The position numbers and the translations under genes were made by a program. DNA of 64,000 nucleotides. Source: an uncultured Propylenella sp. Its GTDB lineage: Bacteria > Pseudomonadota > Alphaproteobacteria > Rhizobiales > Afifellaceae. Of this stretch, positions 47,064 through 55,591 are shown piece by piece. Location: positions 22,594 to 86,593 of the forward strand of contig CAYTTC010000005.1 in assembly GCA_964440525.1 (NCBI GenBank), in the 5' to 3' direction. Positions within the stretch are counted from its first letter, which is position 1. The number at the start of each line of letters is the position of its first letter. The notes beneath the pieces were generated by a model, which was not told the origin of the DNA, searched no databases, and worked only from the letters and a program-made list of their open reading frames with translations.

Positions 47064-47183
47064 ATCTGTGATTGTCGTCATGCCATGGCTTGACCATGGC
47101 ATCCATTCCGTAACGGTCGCGACCGCTTTGGGGTGACAGAGTGGATTGCCGGATCATCCCCCGGTTTAACCGGGGGTCCGGCA
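47064..47183. repeat. REP-like family B head-to-head pair (second unit is a variant with nested hairpin)
   Basis: Units at 47064-47106 and inverted at 47132-47183 (ATTGCCGGA..CCCCCGGTTTAACCGGGGG..TCCGGCAAT), in the convergent gap between the kinase gene and glnE. Confidence 0.8.
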
Positions 47184-47209
47184 ATGACGACACGTGTTTT
47201 GTGCCCGTC

Positions 47210-50155
47210 CTAGCTCACCGGCACGCCGAGCACGCTCTCGAGCGCCGCGCGGGTCCGCGCCTGAATCTCCACCAGCCGCGCCTCCAGCTCCGCGAATGAT
47301 GCGACGCCGGTCCGCTCCGTGCCGACGCCGGCATTCCTGAGCGCATCGTCGGCGACCCCGACCATCAGCCGCTTCAGCGCCTCCGGCGCCTGGTCGGGCG
47401 AAAAACCCTTCGGGTCGGCGACGCGCTCGATCTGCAGGAGCGCGCTCTGCAAAGCGGCGGAGAGGATGAGGCGTTCGCCCTCCGCCAGGGCCGGGCGCCC
47501 TGCATCGGCGGCGCGCTGCAGCGTCTCCAACGTCGTCTCGCCCGGCACGCGGCCGAGCCCGCTCAGCACGAGGAATTGTGCGGCAAATTCGCAATCAATC
47601 AATCCGCCCCGCGCGAGCTTCACGTCGAACGCGCCCGCCGCCGCCTTTTCACGCTCGACGCGGGCGCGCATCGACGCCACGTCGGCGGCGAGTTTTCCTG
47701 GGTCGCGCTCCTTTGCAACCAGCGCGTCGAGCACGCCGGATACGCGTGTCATAAGCTCCGCGTCGCCGGCGATGGCGCGGCCGCGCGACATGGCCATGTG
47801 TTCCCAGGTCCAGGCCTCGCTCAATTGATACGCCGCGAATGCTTCGATGTGCGTGGCGAGCGGTCCCGCCCGGCCGGAGGGCCTCAGCCTCAGATCGACC
47901 TCGTAGGCAATCCCCTCCGCGGTCGGCGCTGCGAGAGCCGCGACGAGGCGCTGCGTCAGTCGCGCATAGTATAGCGAGGGAGCAAGTGGGCGCTCTCCGT
48001 CGGAGACGGAATCCGGCTCGTGGTCGTAGACGACGATCAGGTCGAGATCGGACCCCGCGGTCATTTCGCGGCTCCCGAGCCGCCCGAAAGCGACGATCGC
48101 GGCTCGCCCATTTGGCAGACGCCCGTGCCGCCGCGAAAACTCCTCTTCCGTTCGCCGCAGAAGCGCCCGCACGATCGCCTCGGCAAGGTCGGAGAACGCC
48201 TTCCCGACGTCGGACGGGGCGAGCGTGCCGTTCAGCAGCCCGACAGAAATCAGGAAGCGCCGCTCGGCGACGAAGAGCCGCGCGCGGTCGAGCACGTCCT
48301 CGTAGCTTCGCGCCTCCACCAAGCTTCGCTCGAGCGCCTCCGCAAGCTCGCTGGGTCCGGCGGCATCGCCGGCGAGCCTTGGACCTAGCAGCGCGTCGGC
48401 GACGTGCGGCCGGCGGGCAAAAATCTCGGCAAGCCGCGGTGCGGCGCTCAAGACGGTGGCGAGGAGATCGAGGAGGTCGGGATTGTTCCTGAGCAGCGCG
48501 AAAAGCTGCGCGCCGGTCGGCTGCGCCTTCAGGAGGCTGTCGAAGGCGCGGACCGCGGCGTCGGGATTGCCGGCGCGGGAGAAAGCCTTCAGGAGCGCCG
48601 GCGTGATTTCGGTCAGGCTCTCGCGCGCGGCGGTGGAGCGCATCGCGGCGAAGCGCCCAAAATGCCAGCCGCGAACCGTCTCTGTCACATTCTCCGGCGT
48701 TGCGAAACCGAGCCCCCTGAGCGTCGCCAGCGTCTCCGGATCGTCCTCGCCGCCAGTGAACACGAGGCTTCCGCCTCCCGACGAAAGCTCCTGCGCGCTT
48801 TCGAAAAGCTCCGAATAGCGCCGCGCCACGGTCTCCAGAATGCGGCGAAAGTCGGCTTCGAAGGCAGCCGGATCAGCGTAGCGCATGAGGCGGGCGATCC
48901 GCGCCAGCTCGGCTCGGTCGCGCGGCATGGCATGCGTCTGCTCGTCGCGCACCATCTGCAGCCGATGCTCGACGTTGCGCAGCACGCAATAGGCTTCGTC
49001 GAGCTCCTTTCGCGCCGCCTCGTCGATCCATCCCTTCTCGGCGAGTTTTGCCAGCATGTCGCGGGTTCTGGTGCCGCGCAGCTCCGGGTCGCGACCGCCA
49101 GCGATCAGCTGCTGCGTCTGCACGAAGAACTCGATCTCGCGAATACCGCCGCGCCCGCGCTTGATGTCGTGGCCGAGCACGCGGACCGTCGCGTGGCCGC
49201 GATGCGCATGCACCTGCCGCTTGATGGAATGGATGTCGGCGATTGCCGCGAAGTCGAGATATTTCCGCCAGATGAACGGCGCCAGCGCGCCGATGAAGGC
49301 CTCGCCGGCGGCGATGTCTCCGGCGACTGCGCGCGCCTTGATGAACGCGGCGCGCTCCCAGTTCTGCCCCATGCTCTCGTAGTAGAGGAGCGCCGCCTCC
49401 GCCGAGATCGCCACGCGGGTCGCGCCGGGATCGGGCCTGAGGCGCAAATCGACGCGGAAGACATAGCCGTCGCCGGTCCGCTCCTGCAGCAGCGTGACGA
49501 TCTGGCGCACGATCTTGACCCAGAAGGCGGAAGCCTCGCTGCCATCGGCGGGGCCGGGCGCCCCCGGATCGAAGAGCGCGATGATGTCGATGTCGCTCGA
49601 ATAGTTGAGCTCGCCGGCGCCGTATTTTCCCATGCCGAGGATGAAGAAGCCGCGCGGCTCTTTCCCCCCGATCCATCGGCCAGCGCGCGCCGCATCGGCG
49701 AGCGCGAAGCGGAGCGCGGCCGAAAGCGCCGCGTCGGCGAATTTCGTGAGCAGCGCGGTGACCGCTTCCAGCTCGATCGCGCCGGCGAGATCGGCGAGGC
49801 CGAGCGTCAGCGCCGCGTCCTGCTTGGCGCGTCGAAGCGCCGTCATCGCGCCAGCGCGCGTCGGCCAATCCGCCGCCGCAAGCTCGGCATCGATCCGCTC
49901 GATACGCGCTGCCGGGGCATCGGCGAGGATCGCAACGAGCCGCGCAACATCTCTCGCTGCGAGATCGAGAAGGTACGGACAGTCGCCAAGCGCATTCCCA
50001 AGAAACCCGGCGACGAGCGGATCGGCGAGAACGCTGTCGAGGCTCGGGCGCGCGGCCTGGTTTTCGGCGGCATCCTGAAGACGCTCGATCGCGATGGTGG
50101 AAGCGGGCGAATCGGGCAGCGCCGCGATGCGGCTCGCGAGCGGCTCAGGCCGCAC
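47210..50155 (-). CDS. glnE: Bifunctional glutamine synthetase adenylyltransferase/adenylyl-removing enzyme
   Basis: 981-aa ORF with two nucleotidyltransferase domains (GMGKYGAGELNYSSDIDI and FGRLGSREMTAGSDLDL). Confidence 0.9.
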   Translation of the reverse strand: MRPEPLASRIAALPDSPASTIAIERLQDAAENQAARPSLDSVLADPLVAGFLGNALGDCPYLLDLAARDVARLVAILADAPAARIERIDAELAAADWPTRAGAMTALRRAKQDAALTLGLADLAGAIELEAVTALLTKFADAALSAALRFALADAARAGRWIGGKEPRGFFILGMGKYGAGELNYSSDIDIIALFDPGAPGPADGSEASAFWVKIVRQIVTLLQERTGDGYVFRVDLRLRPDPGATRVAISAEAALLYYESMGQNWERAAFIKARAVAGDIAAGEAFIGALAPFIWRKYLDFAAIADIHSIKRQVHAHRGHATVRVLGHDIKRGRGGIREIEFFVQTQQLIAGGRDPELRGTRTRDMLAKLAEKGWIDEAARKELDEAYCVLRNVEHRLQMVRDEQTHAMPRDRAELARIARLMRYADPAAFEADFRRILETVARRYSELFESAQELSSGGGSLVFTGGEDDPETLATLRGLGFATPENVTETVRGWHFGRFAAMRSTAARESLTEITPALLKAFSRAGNPDAAVRAFDSLLKAQPTGAQLFALLRNNPDLLDLLATVLSAAPRLAEIFARRPHVADALLGPRLAGDAAGPSELAEALERSLVEARSYEDVLDRARLFVAERRFLISVGLLNGTLAPSDVGKAFSDLAEAIVRALLRRTEEEFSRRHGRLPNGRAAIVAFGRLGSREMTAGSDLDLIVVYDHEPDSVSDGERPLAPSLYYARLTQRLVAALAAPTAEGIAYEVDLRLRPSGRAGPLATHIEAFAAYQLSEAWTWEHMAMSRGRAIAGDAELMTRVSGVLDALVAKERDPGKLAADVASMRARVEREKAAAGAFDVKLARGGLIDCEFAAQFLVLSGLGRVPGETTLETLQRAADAGRPALAEGERLILSAALQSALLQIERVADPKGFSPDQAPEALKRLMVGVADDALRNAGVGTERTGVASFAELEARLVEIQARTRAALESVLGVPVS

Positions 50156-51557
50156 GGCCGGATGCCGCTCCTGGCACGGTGAGGACAGCAGCGAGGCCGG
50201 GCCTGTTGTCGGTCAGGACGAGCTTGCCGCCATGCAGTTGCGCCACCGCGGAAACGAGGCTCAGACCGAGGCCGGCGCCAGGCTTCGAGCGGCTCTCCTC
50301 GAGCCGGACAAAACGCTCGGTGACCCGCGGCCTGTCGGCTTCCGCGATGCCGGTGCCGTTGTCGGCGACGCGGAAGGTCACCACGCCTTTATCCTCGCTG
50401 ACCGAGATGGTCACTTGCGGCTTCTCGTTGCCCTCGTCGGCATATTTGATTGCGTTGTCAACGAGGTTGGCGAGCGCCTGGCTGACCAGCTCGCGATTGG
50501 CGCGAACCATCACCGGGCCGGCGCTTTCGAGCCGCAACCCAACGCCTGCTTCCTCGGCGACCGGCTCGTAAAGCTCGAGCACATCGCGGGCGACCCGCGA
50601 GGCGTCGAAATCCGCGAACTCGGTCTCGGGGGCGCCCGCTTCCGCGCGCGCAATCAGGAGGAGCGCGTTGAAGGTGCGAATCAGCTGATCGGCCTCTTCG
50701 ATGGTCGCATGCAGCGCGTCGCGAAGATCCGGCTCCGTCCGTCCCTGCACGAGCGCACGCTCGACGCGATTGCGCATCCGGGTGAGCGGCGTCTTCAGGT
50801 CGTGGGCGATATTGTCGGAAACCTGCTTCAGGCCCAGCATGAGGCGCTCGATCCGCGCCAGCATGGTGTTCAGGCTTTCGGCAAGCCGGTCGAACTCGTC
50901 GCCGGTTCCGGTGACCTCCAGGCGGCCCGAAAGATCGCCCGCGACGAAGCGTTGGCTCGTCTCGGCGATCGAATCGATCCGCTTTAGCACCCGTCGCGAG
51001 ACGAAGATCCAAGCGGCGAGAGCGAGCACCACCATCAGCGCGGCGGTCAGGATCAGCGAGCGCTGGACGACGCGGATCAGCGCGTCGCGCTCGCTCACGT
51101 CGCGGCCGACCAGCACTCGCACGCCGTCGGGAAACTCGATGACGCGGACGAGCGCCGTGTGGGGCCGCTGCGAGCCGGCTTCGTCGCGCCACATATAGGG
51201 GACGACCTGCGCGGCCGAGCCGGTCTGATCGAGGATCGCGGCCGGCACCGTCTCCACATTACCGGCGATCCGATCGCCATCGGCATCGGTGACGAAATAG
51301 AGGCTGGCGCCCGGCTGGCGGCTCCTGAGATCGACGACGCGCGCTAGCCACGGCATGCCGCCGCGCTCGTACTGGAGCGAAATGGCGCGCAATTCGGCGT
51401 CGACCGCCGCGCGCATCTGCGTCTCCAGGATGCCGCTCATGTTCCTCGCGATCGTGCCGATGAGGAACACGGCAAAGATCGTGAAGACAGCAAGAAAGAT
51501 GGCCGTGAGCTTGAAGGCGGTGGTGCGGAACAGACGAAGGGAGGGCGGACTAGGCAT
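50145..51557 (-). CDS. Sensor histidine kinase (two TM, HAMP, HisKA, HATPase)
   Basis: 470 aa with H-box SDNIAHDLKTPLTRM and GAGLGLSLV. 8-nt overlap with the upstream response regulator and 11-nt overlap with glnE. Confidence 0.85.
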   Translation of the reverse strand: MPSPPSLRLFRTTAFKLTAIFLAVFTIFAVFLIGTIARNMSGILETQMRAAVDAELRAISLQYERGGMPWLARVVDLRSRQPGASLYFVTDADGDRIAGNVETVPAAILDQTGSAAQVVPYMWRDEAGSQRPHTALVRVIEFPDGVRVLVGRDVSERDALIRVVQRSLILTAALMVVLALAAWIFVSRRVLKRIDSIAETSQRFVAGDLSGRLEVTGTGDEFDRLAESLNTMLARIERLMLGLKQVSDNIAHDLKTPLTRMRNRVERALVQGRTEPDLRDALHATIEEADQLIRTFNALLLIARAEAGAPETEFADFDASRVARDVLELYEPVAEEAGVGLRLESAGPVMVRANRELVSQALANLVDNAIKYADEGNEKPQVTISVSEDKGVVTFRVADNGTGIAEADRPRVTERFVRLEESRSKPGAGLGLSLVSAVAQLHGGKLVLTDNRPGLAAVLTVPGAASGRAA

Positions 51558-52227
51558 CGTCCCGCATCACATAACCGGAGCCCCGCACGGTATGCAGCAG
51601 CACTCGGTCGAAGCCCTTGTCGATCTTGGCTCTGAGCCGCGACATGTGGACGTCGATGACATTGGTCTGCGGATCGAAATGATAGTCCCAGACTTTTTCG
51701 AGAAGCATGGTCCGCGTCACCACGGTCCCGGCGTTCTTCATCAGATATTCGAGCAGGCGGAATTCGCGCGGCTGCAGGACGATCGGCTCGCCGCCGCGAT
51801 GCACTTTTCGCGCCAGCCGATCAAGCTCGAGGTCGGCGACGCGATAGACGGTCTCCGCCTCCTTCGGTGCGCTCCGCCGGCCAAGAACCTCGACGCGCGC
51901 CAGAAGCTCCGAAAAGGCATAGGGTTTTGGCAGATAGTCGTCGCCGCCGGCCCTGAGGCCTGTAACACGGTCATCGACCTGGCCGAGCGCCGAGAGGATC
52001 AGTACGGGGACCCGGTTGCCGGCCGCCCTGAGTTCGGCGATGAGCGAAAGGCCGTCGCGCTTCGGCAGCATGCGGTCCACGACCAGCACGTCGTAGTCCT
52101 CCGCCGTCGCCAGCTCGAACCCGGCCTGCCCGTCATTTGCGCTGTCGGCGACATGGCCGGCCTCGCCCAGCGCCTTGACCAGGTAGTTCGCCGTCTCGCG
52201 ATCGTCTTCGATGACCAGGATGCGCAT
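51550..52227 (-). CDS. OmpR-family response regulator
   Basis: MRILVIEDD receiver domain and a winged-helix C-terminus (..IDVHMSRLRAKID...TVRGSGY). ATG at 52227. Confidence 0.9.
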   Translation of the reverse strand: MRILVIEDDRETANYLVKALGEAGHVADSANDGQAGFELATAEDYDVLVVDRMLPKRDGLSLIAELRAAGNRVPVLILSALGQVDDRVTGLRAGGDDYLPKPYAFSELLARVEVLGRRSAPKEAETVYRVADLELDRLARKVHRGGEPIVLQPREFRLLEYLMKNAGTVVTRTMLLEKVWDYHFDPQTNVIDVHMSRLRAKIDKGFDRVLLHTVRGSGYVMRDDA

Positions 52228-52277
52228 GAGAATGAGATAACCGGCTTCAGTGTGCTCCGCCAGTTCGGCTCCTTGCA

Positions 52278-52376
52278 GCATGATCCCGAAAAGTGGGAAC
52301 CGCTTTTCGGAAAAGATCATGCTCAAACAAAACGATAGAGCCCCATTCTGATTAGATCAGAATGGAAAGGCTCTAC
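52278..52376. repeat. Two adjacent nested palindromes upstream of the response-regulator gene
   Basis: The first is GCATGATC-CCGAAAAG-N9-CTTTTCGG-AAAA-GATCATGC (52278-52322). The second is AGAGCC..CCATTCTGAT-TAG-ATCAGAATGG..GGCTCT (52336-52376). The + frame translates as ..DPEKWEPLFGKDHAQTK.., which I recall as a common intergenic repeat translation in Rhizobiales. Confidence 0.5.
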
Positions 52377-52404
52377 GACAAAGCGGGCCGCTTGCGCGGC
52401 CCGC
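52376..52404 (-). terminator. Rho-independent terminator after degP
   Basis: On the minus strand: GCGGGCCGC-GCAA-GCGGCCCGC followed by TTTGTCG, about 70 nt after the degP stop. Confidence 0.6.
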
Positions 52405-52471
52405 CTGCTGAGGTCCGGACGTACTGGGGGCGACCTACTAAACCGTCCGGTTCAGTTCATCGCAGGCCGGC

Positions 52472-53989
52472 TCAGCCGCGCTCGAAGGGCACGCCCACGA
52501 ACCTCGTGCCGTTCTCGCCCTGGACGCGGAAGAGCACCGCGTCACGTCCGCGATCCTGCGCGGCGGCAACGCCTTCTTCGACGTCGGCGATGCTGGTCAC
52601 CGGCTTCGAGCCGACGGCGACGATGACGTCGCCCGCCTGCAGGCCCTTGTCGGCGGCCGGGCTTTCCTCGTCGACGCTCGCGACGCGGACGCCCTCGCCG
52701 TCGGGGTTCTGCTCCAGCTTCAGGCCGAGAGCTTCGAGCGAGCCGGGCGTCGCGTCCGGGGCCACTTCGGGCTGATCGGCGCTCGCCTGCTGCTGCTCAT
52801 CGAAGTCGTTCAGATTGCCGAGCGTGACATCGAACTCCTGCTCGCTGCCGTCGCGCATCACTGTCACCGTGATCTTGGCGCCCGGCTCGATCTTGGCGAT
52901 CGTCTCGGAAAGCTCCTTCGGGCTCGCCACCGCGTTGCCGTTCACCTTGGTGATGATGTCGCCGGTGCGGATGCCGGCGCCCTGGGCCGGGCCATCGGCG
53001 GTCGCATCGGCAACGATCGCACCCTTGGTGTCTTCAATGCCGAGGCTCTCGGCGATGTCTTTGGTGACCGGCTGGATCTGAACGCCGAGCCAGCCGCGTG
53101 TGACGACGCCATTGTCCCTGAGATCGCTGATCACCTCGGAGACGATGCTCGCCGGAATTGCGAACGCGATGCCGACATTGCCGCCGGACGGGGAGAAGAT
53201 GGCGGTGTTCACGCCCACCACTTCGCCATGCACGTTGAAGGTCGGGCCGCCGGAATTGCCGCGGTTGATCGGCGCATCGATCTGCAGGAAGTTGTCATAA
53301 GGGCCGGAGCCGATGTCGCGGCCGTTGGCCGAGATGATGCCGGCCGACACTGAGCCGCCGAGGCCGAACGGATTGCCGACCGCCAGCACCCATTGCCCGA
53401 CCTTGGGCAGGTCGGTGGCGAAGCCGACATATTTGAAGTCGTTGCCATCGACCTTGAGGAGGGCGAGGTCGGTGCGCTCGTCGGTGCCGATCAGCTTGGC
53501 GTCGAGCTCGCTGCCGTCACTCATGGTGACGGTGTATTCCGTGCCATCCGCCACCACATGCGCATTGGTGACCACGTAGCCGTCATCGGTGATGAAGAAG
53601 CCGGAGCCCTGGCTCATCCCGCGACGCGGATGGAACGGCTCGCGGCCGCTGCCGTCCTCTTCGCCGCGCGGGATGTCGAAGCGGCGGAAGAACTCCTGCA
53701 GGCCGGGGGGGAGATCCTCGAACCCTTCCGGCGCGTCGCGGTTGGCGACCGCGGCGACCTCGGTCTTCACCTGCACGCTCACCACGGCCGGCGTCACCTG
53801 CTCGACAACCGCCGAGAAGTCTGCCGGAGCCGCGGCATCGACCCTGACGGGTTCGGCAAGCGCAACATGGCTGTTGGTGACGAGAACACCGGTGCCGGCG
53901 GCACCGACGATGCCGAGGGTAAAGACACTGGCGAGCAGCGCATTACGGATGCGCCGGGCTCGGGTATTTGAATTGGGGACGTTCGTCAT
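52472..53989 (-). CDS. degP: Periplasmic serine endoprotease DegP/HtrA (trypsin domain plus two PDZ)
   Basis: Signal-like N-terminus, TNAHVV, ..D.ALLKV.. and GNSGGP catalytic motifs, two PDZ regions. ATG at 53989. Confidence 0.9.
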   Translation of the reverse strand: MTNVPNSNTRARRIRNALLASVFTLGIVGAAGTGVLVTNSHVALAEPVRVDAAAPADFSAVVEQVTPAVVSVQVKTEVAAVANRDAPEGFEDLPPGLQEFFRRFDIPRGEEDGSGREPFHPRRGMSQGSGFFITDDGYVVTNAHVVADGTEYTVTMSDGSELDAKLIGTDERTDLALLKVDGNDFKYVGFATDLPKVGQWVLAVGNPFGLGGSVSAGIISANGRDIGSGPYDNFLQIDAPINRGNSGGPTFNVHGEVVGVNTAIFSPSGGNVGIAFAIPASIVSEVISDLRDNGVVTRGWLGVQIQPVTKDIAESLGIEDTKGAIVADATADGPAQGAGIRTGDIITKVNGNAVASPKELSETIAKIEPGAKITVTVMRDGSEQEFDVTLGNLNDFDEQQQASADQPEVAPDATPGSLEALGLKLEQNPDGEGVRVASVDEESPAADKGLQAGDVIVAVGSKPVTSIADVEEGVAAAQDRGRDAVLFRVQGENGTRFVGVPFERG

Positions 53990-54154
53990 GGCTCTTGGAA
54001 ACTCCGGTTGATCAAAGTGGTCCGCCCCGATCAAGCGGGGCGGACCGGAGGTCTGCGCCGGGGGCGATGGGGGGCAAAGCACCACCTGCGCATTCCTCAG
54101 ATACGGTGTGTCGCCTTACGACGCAGTGTCCGTCGCGTTAATTATCGGTAAGGT

Positions 54155-54589
54155 TCAGGTATCTGGCGCAGCGGAATGACGCCTCATCATCAGGAAGGCA
54201 TATTCCTTGATGTAGGTCTCCGTCAGTGCTCCGATGCGCGGCGTCTGATAGCCGGTCCAACATCCAAAGAACTCGCTTGTCCATGGAAGCACGGCCGTGT
54301 TGTCCAGGTCGAAGCGCGTCGCTCGTGCCAACCCTATTTGGTCGAGGTCGACGGCGTTCTGAATGATCAGGTCGAGATGTTGTCGATGAATGATCTTCAG
54401 CGACGTGGTTCCATACGCGACCCGGCAAGCAAAGCTAGACGACTCCTCGTCGCGAAGGACTACTGTTACCAAACAAGGTCGAAGTTTGGGCTCGGAAGCA
54501 AGTCCGCCGCGATCCGGGTACCAACAAGCCACTATGTCGTATGCCGACGGAGGGAAGCGAACCCAGGCCGGCTCACTTCTTTCCGGCAT
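54155..54589 (-). CDS. Hypothetical 144-aa protein with distant MazF/PemK-like sequence pattern
   Basis: By eye it aligns to the MazF layout: P.AYDIVACWYP......PKLRPCLV, then ..YGTTS.., then GLARATRFDLDNTAV, then a C-terminal helix-like IGALTETYIKE. Lower GC than flanks. Its ATG is embedded 17 nt inside the upstream ORF. Confidence 0.45.
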   Translation of the reverse strand: MPERSEPAWVRFPPSAYDIVACWYPDRGGLASEPKLRPCLVTVVLRDEESSSFACRVAYGTTSLKIIHRQHLDLIIQNAVDLDQIGLARATRFDLDNTAVLPWTSEFFGCWTGYQTPRIGALTETYIKEYAFLMMRRHSAAPDT

Positions 54590-54782
54590 AGCCGTCCACG
54601 ACGACCCATTTCCCCTTTTTCAAGATCTTGTTTGCCCGATCCTGGACAGATTTGACGACCTTCGGGCTCACATCGTCATGGTCGTCGAACGCTTCTGGTG
54701 GAAACGTGCGGCCAGAACGCAACGCCTTAGCGCTCCCTTCATTCGAGGTGGTAGCGCTGCTTTGCTTGCGGCGAACGCCCAT
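54573..54782 (-). CDS. Small 69-aa protein (up to 82 aa), unrecognised; putative partner of 54155..54589
   Basis: ATG at 54782 has GAGG 8 nt upstream (alternatives ATG 54803, TTG 54821). Sequence MGVRRKQSS...FDDHDDVSPKVVKSVQDRANKILKKGKWVVVDGYAGKK. Overlaps the downstream ORF by 17 nt. No motif recognised. Confidence 0.4.
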   Translation of the reverse strand: MGVRRKQSSATTSNEGSAKALRSGRTFPPEAFDDHDDVSPKVVKSVQDRANKILKKGKWVVVDGYAGKK

Positions 54783-54934
54783 GGCCCGAACCTCGCTCGT
54801 CATCTTAGTGCAGGCGCGCAATCTGCCACATTACAAGCGAAAAGGCACGCCTACTCTTGCTCCCGGAGGATGCGCGCAAGTCAAGCCTCTCCTCCTCCGC
54901 GCCGGAAAGCGCGGCTTGATCGGCGGCCGGCCGC

Positions 54935-55139
54935 TTGAAGCGCAGCATCGCGACGACGCCTCCCGCGACCAGCACCGCAAGCGGCGTCAACCGACGATCG
55001 GCTTCGAGGCGGAGGCGGCGACCAGGCGCTCGTCCCGCCAGCGGCCCGAGGAGCGGCACGCTCGACTGGACGAGCATCAGTGCAAGCGCCAGCCGAGAGC
55101 ACCGTGCCCGACCTCGGCGACGGAGAGCGCGCCCATCAT
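54935..55139 (-). pseudogene. ccmF: Probable decayed 5' remnant of ccmF (cycK)
   Basis: Directly after the ccmE stop: ATGATGGGC..AEVGHGAL, then in shifted frames LALALMLVQSSVPLLG and GRWRDERLVAASA. This resembles CcmF N-termini (..AE.GH.AL.LAL..AL.QS.VPL.GA.R.D..LM..A) and needs at least 2 frameshifts. Homology is lost by about 54.93 kb. Confidence 0.45.
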
Positions 55140-55141
55140 TG

Positions 55142-55591
55142 TCATTGAGCTGCCCCCTCGCCTTCTTTCCAGACGCCTTGCGCCTTCAGCGCGTCCACCA
55201 CCTCTTTCGGCATGTAATTCTCGTCGTGCTTGGCGAGCACAGTCTCGGCGCTGACGCTCCCTGCCGCAGTGAGCACGCCCTCCGTCACGATGCCCTGCCC
55301 TTCGCGAAAAAGATCCGGAAGGACGCCGCGAAAATCTACCTTTGTGCTGTTCGCCGTGTCGGTGATGGCGAAGCTGACGCTGCCGTCGTTGGCGCGGACG
55401 ACAGAACCCTCTACGACCAGCCCGCCGAGGCGGACGCGGGTTCCCGGTGCTAGCGCCTTCTCGGCGAGCTCGGTCGGCGAATAGAAGAAGACGATCTGGT
55501 CGCGCAACGCCACGAGAACGAGCGCCGCCGCCACGACGAGCACCGCCCCGGCGCCGCCGATCATGCTGAGCCGCCGCTGTTTCCGGGTCAT
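55142..55591 (-). CDS. ccmE: Cytochrome c maturation haem chaperone CcmE
   Basis: 149 aa with an N-terminal TM anchor, [16 protein letters not shown] and the C-terminal [13 protein letters not shown] haem-binding His motif. Confidence 0.9.
   Translation of the reverse strand: MTRKQRRLSMIGGAGAVLVVAAALVLVALRDQIVFFYSPTELAEKALAPGTRVRLGGLVVEGSVVRANDGSVSFAITDTANSTKVDFRGVLPDLFREGQGIVTEGVLTAAGSVSAETVLAKHDENYMPKEVVDALKAQGVWKEGEGAAQ

Noticed and set aside
7227-47183. CRISPR array interpretation of the recurring repeats
   Set aside because: The repeats occur as isolated inverted pairs at five distant loci, not as regularly spaced direct repeats, and no cas genes are present.
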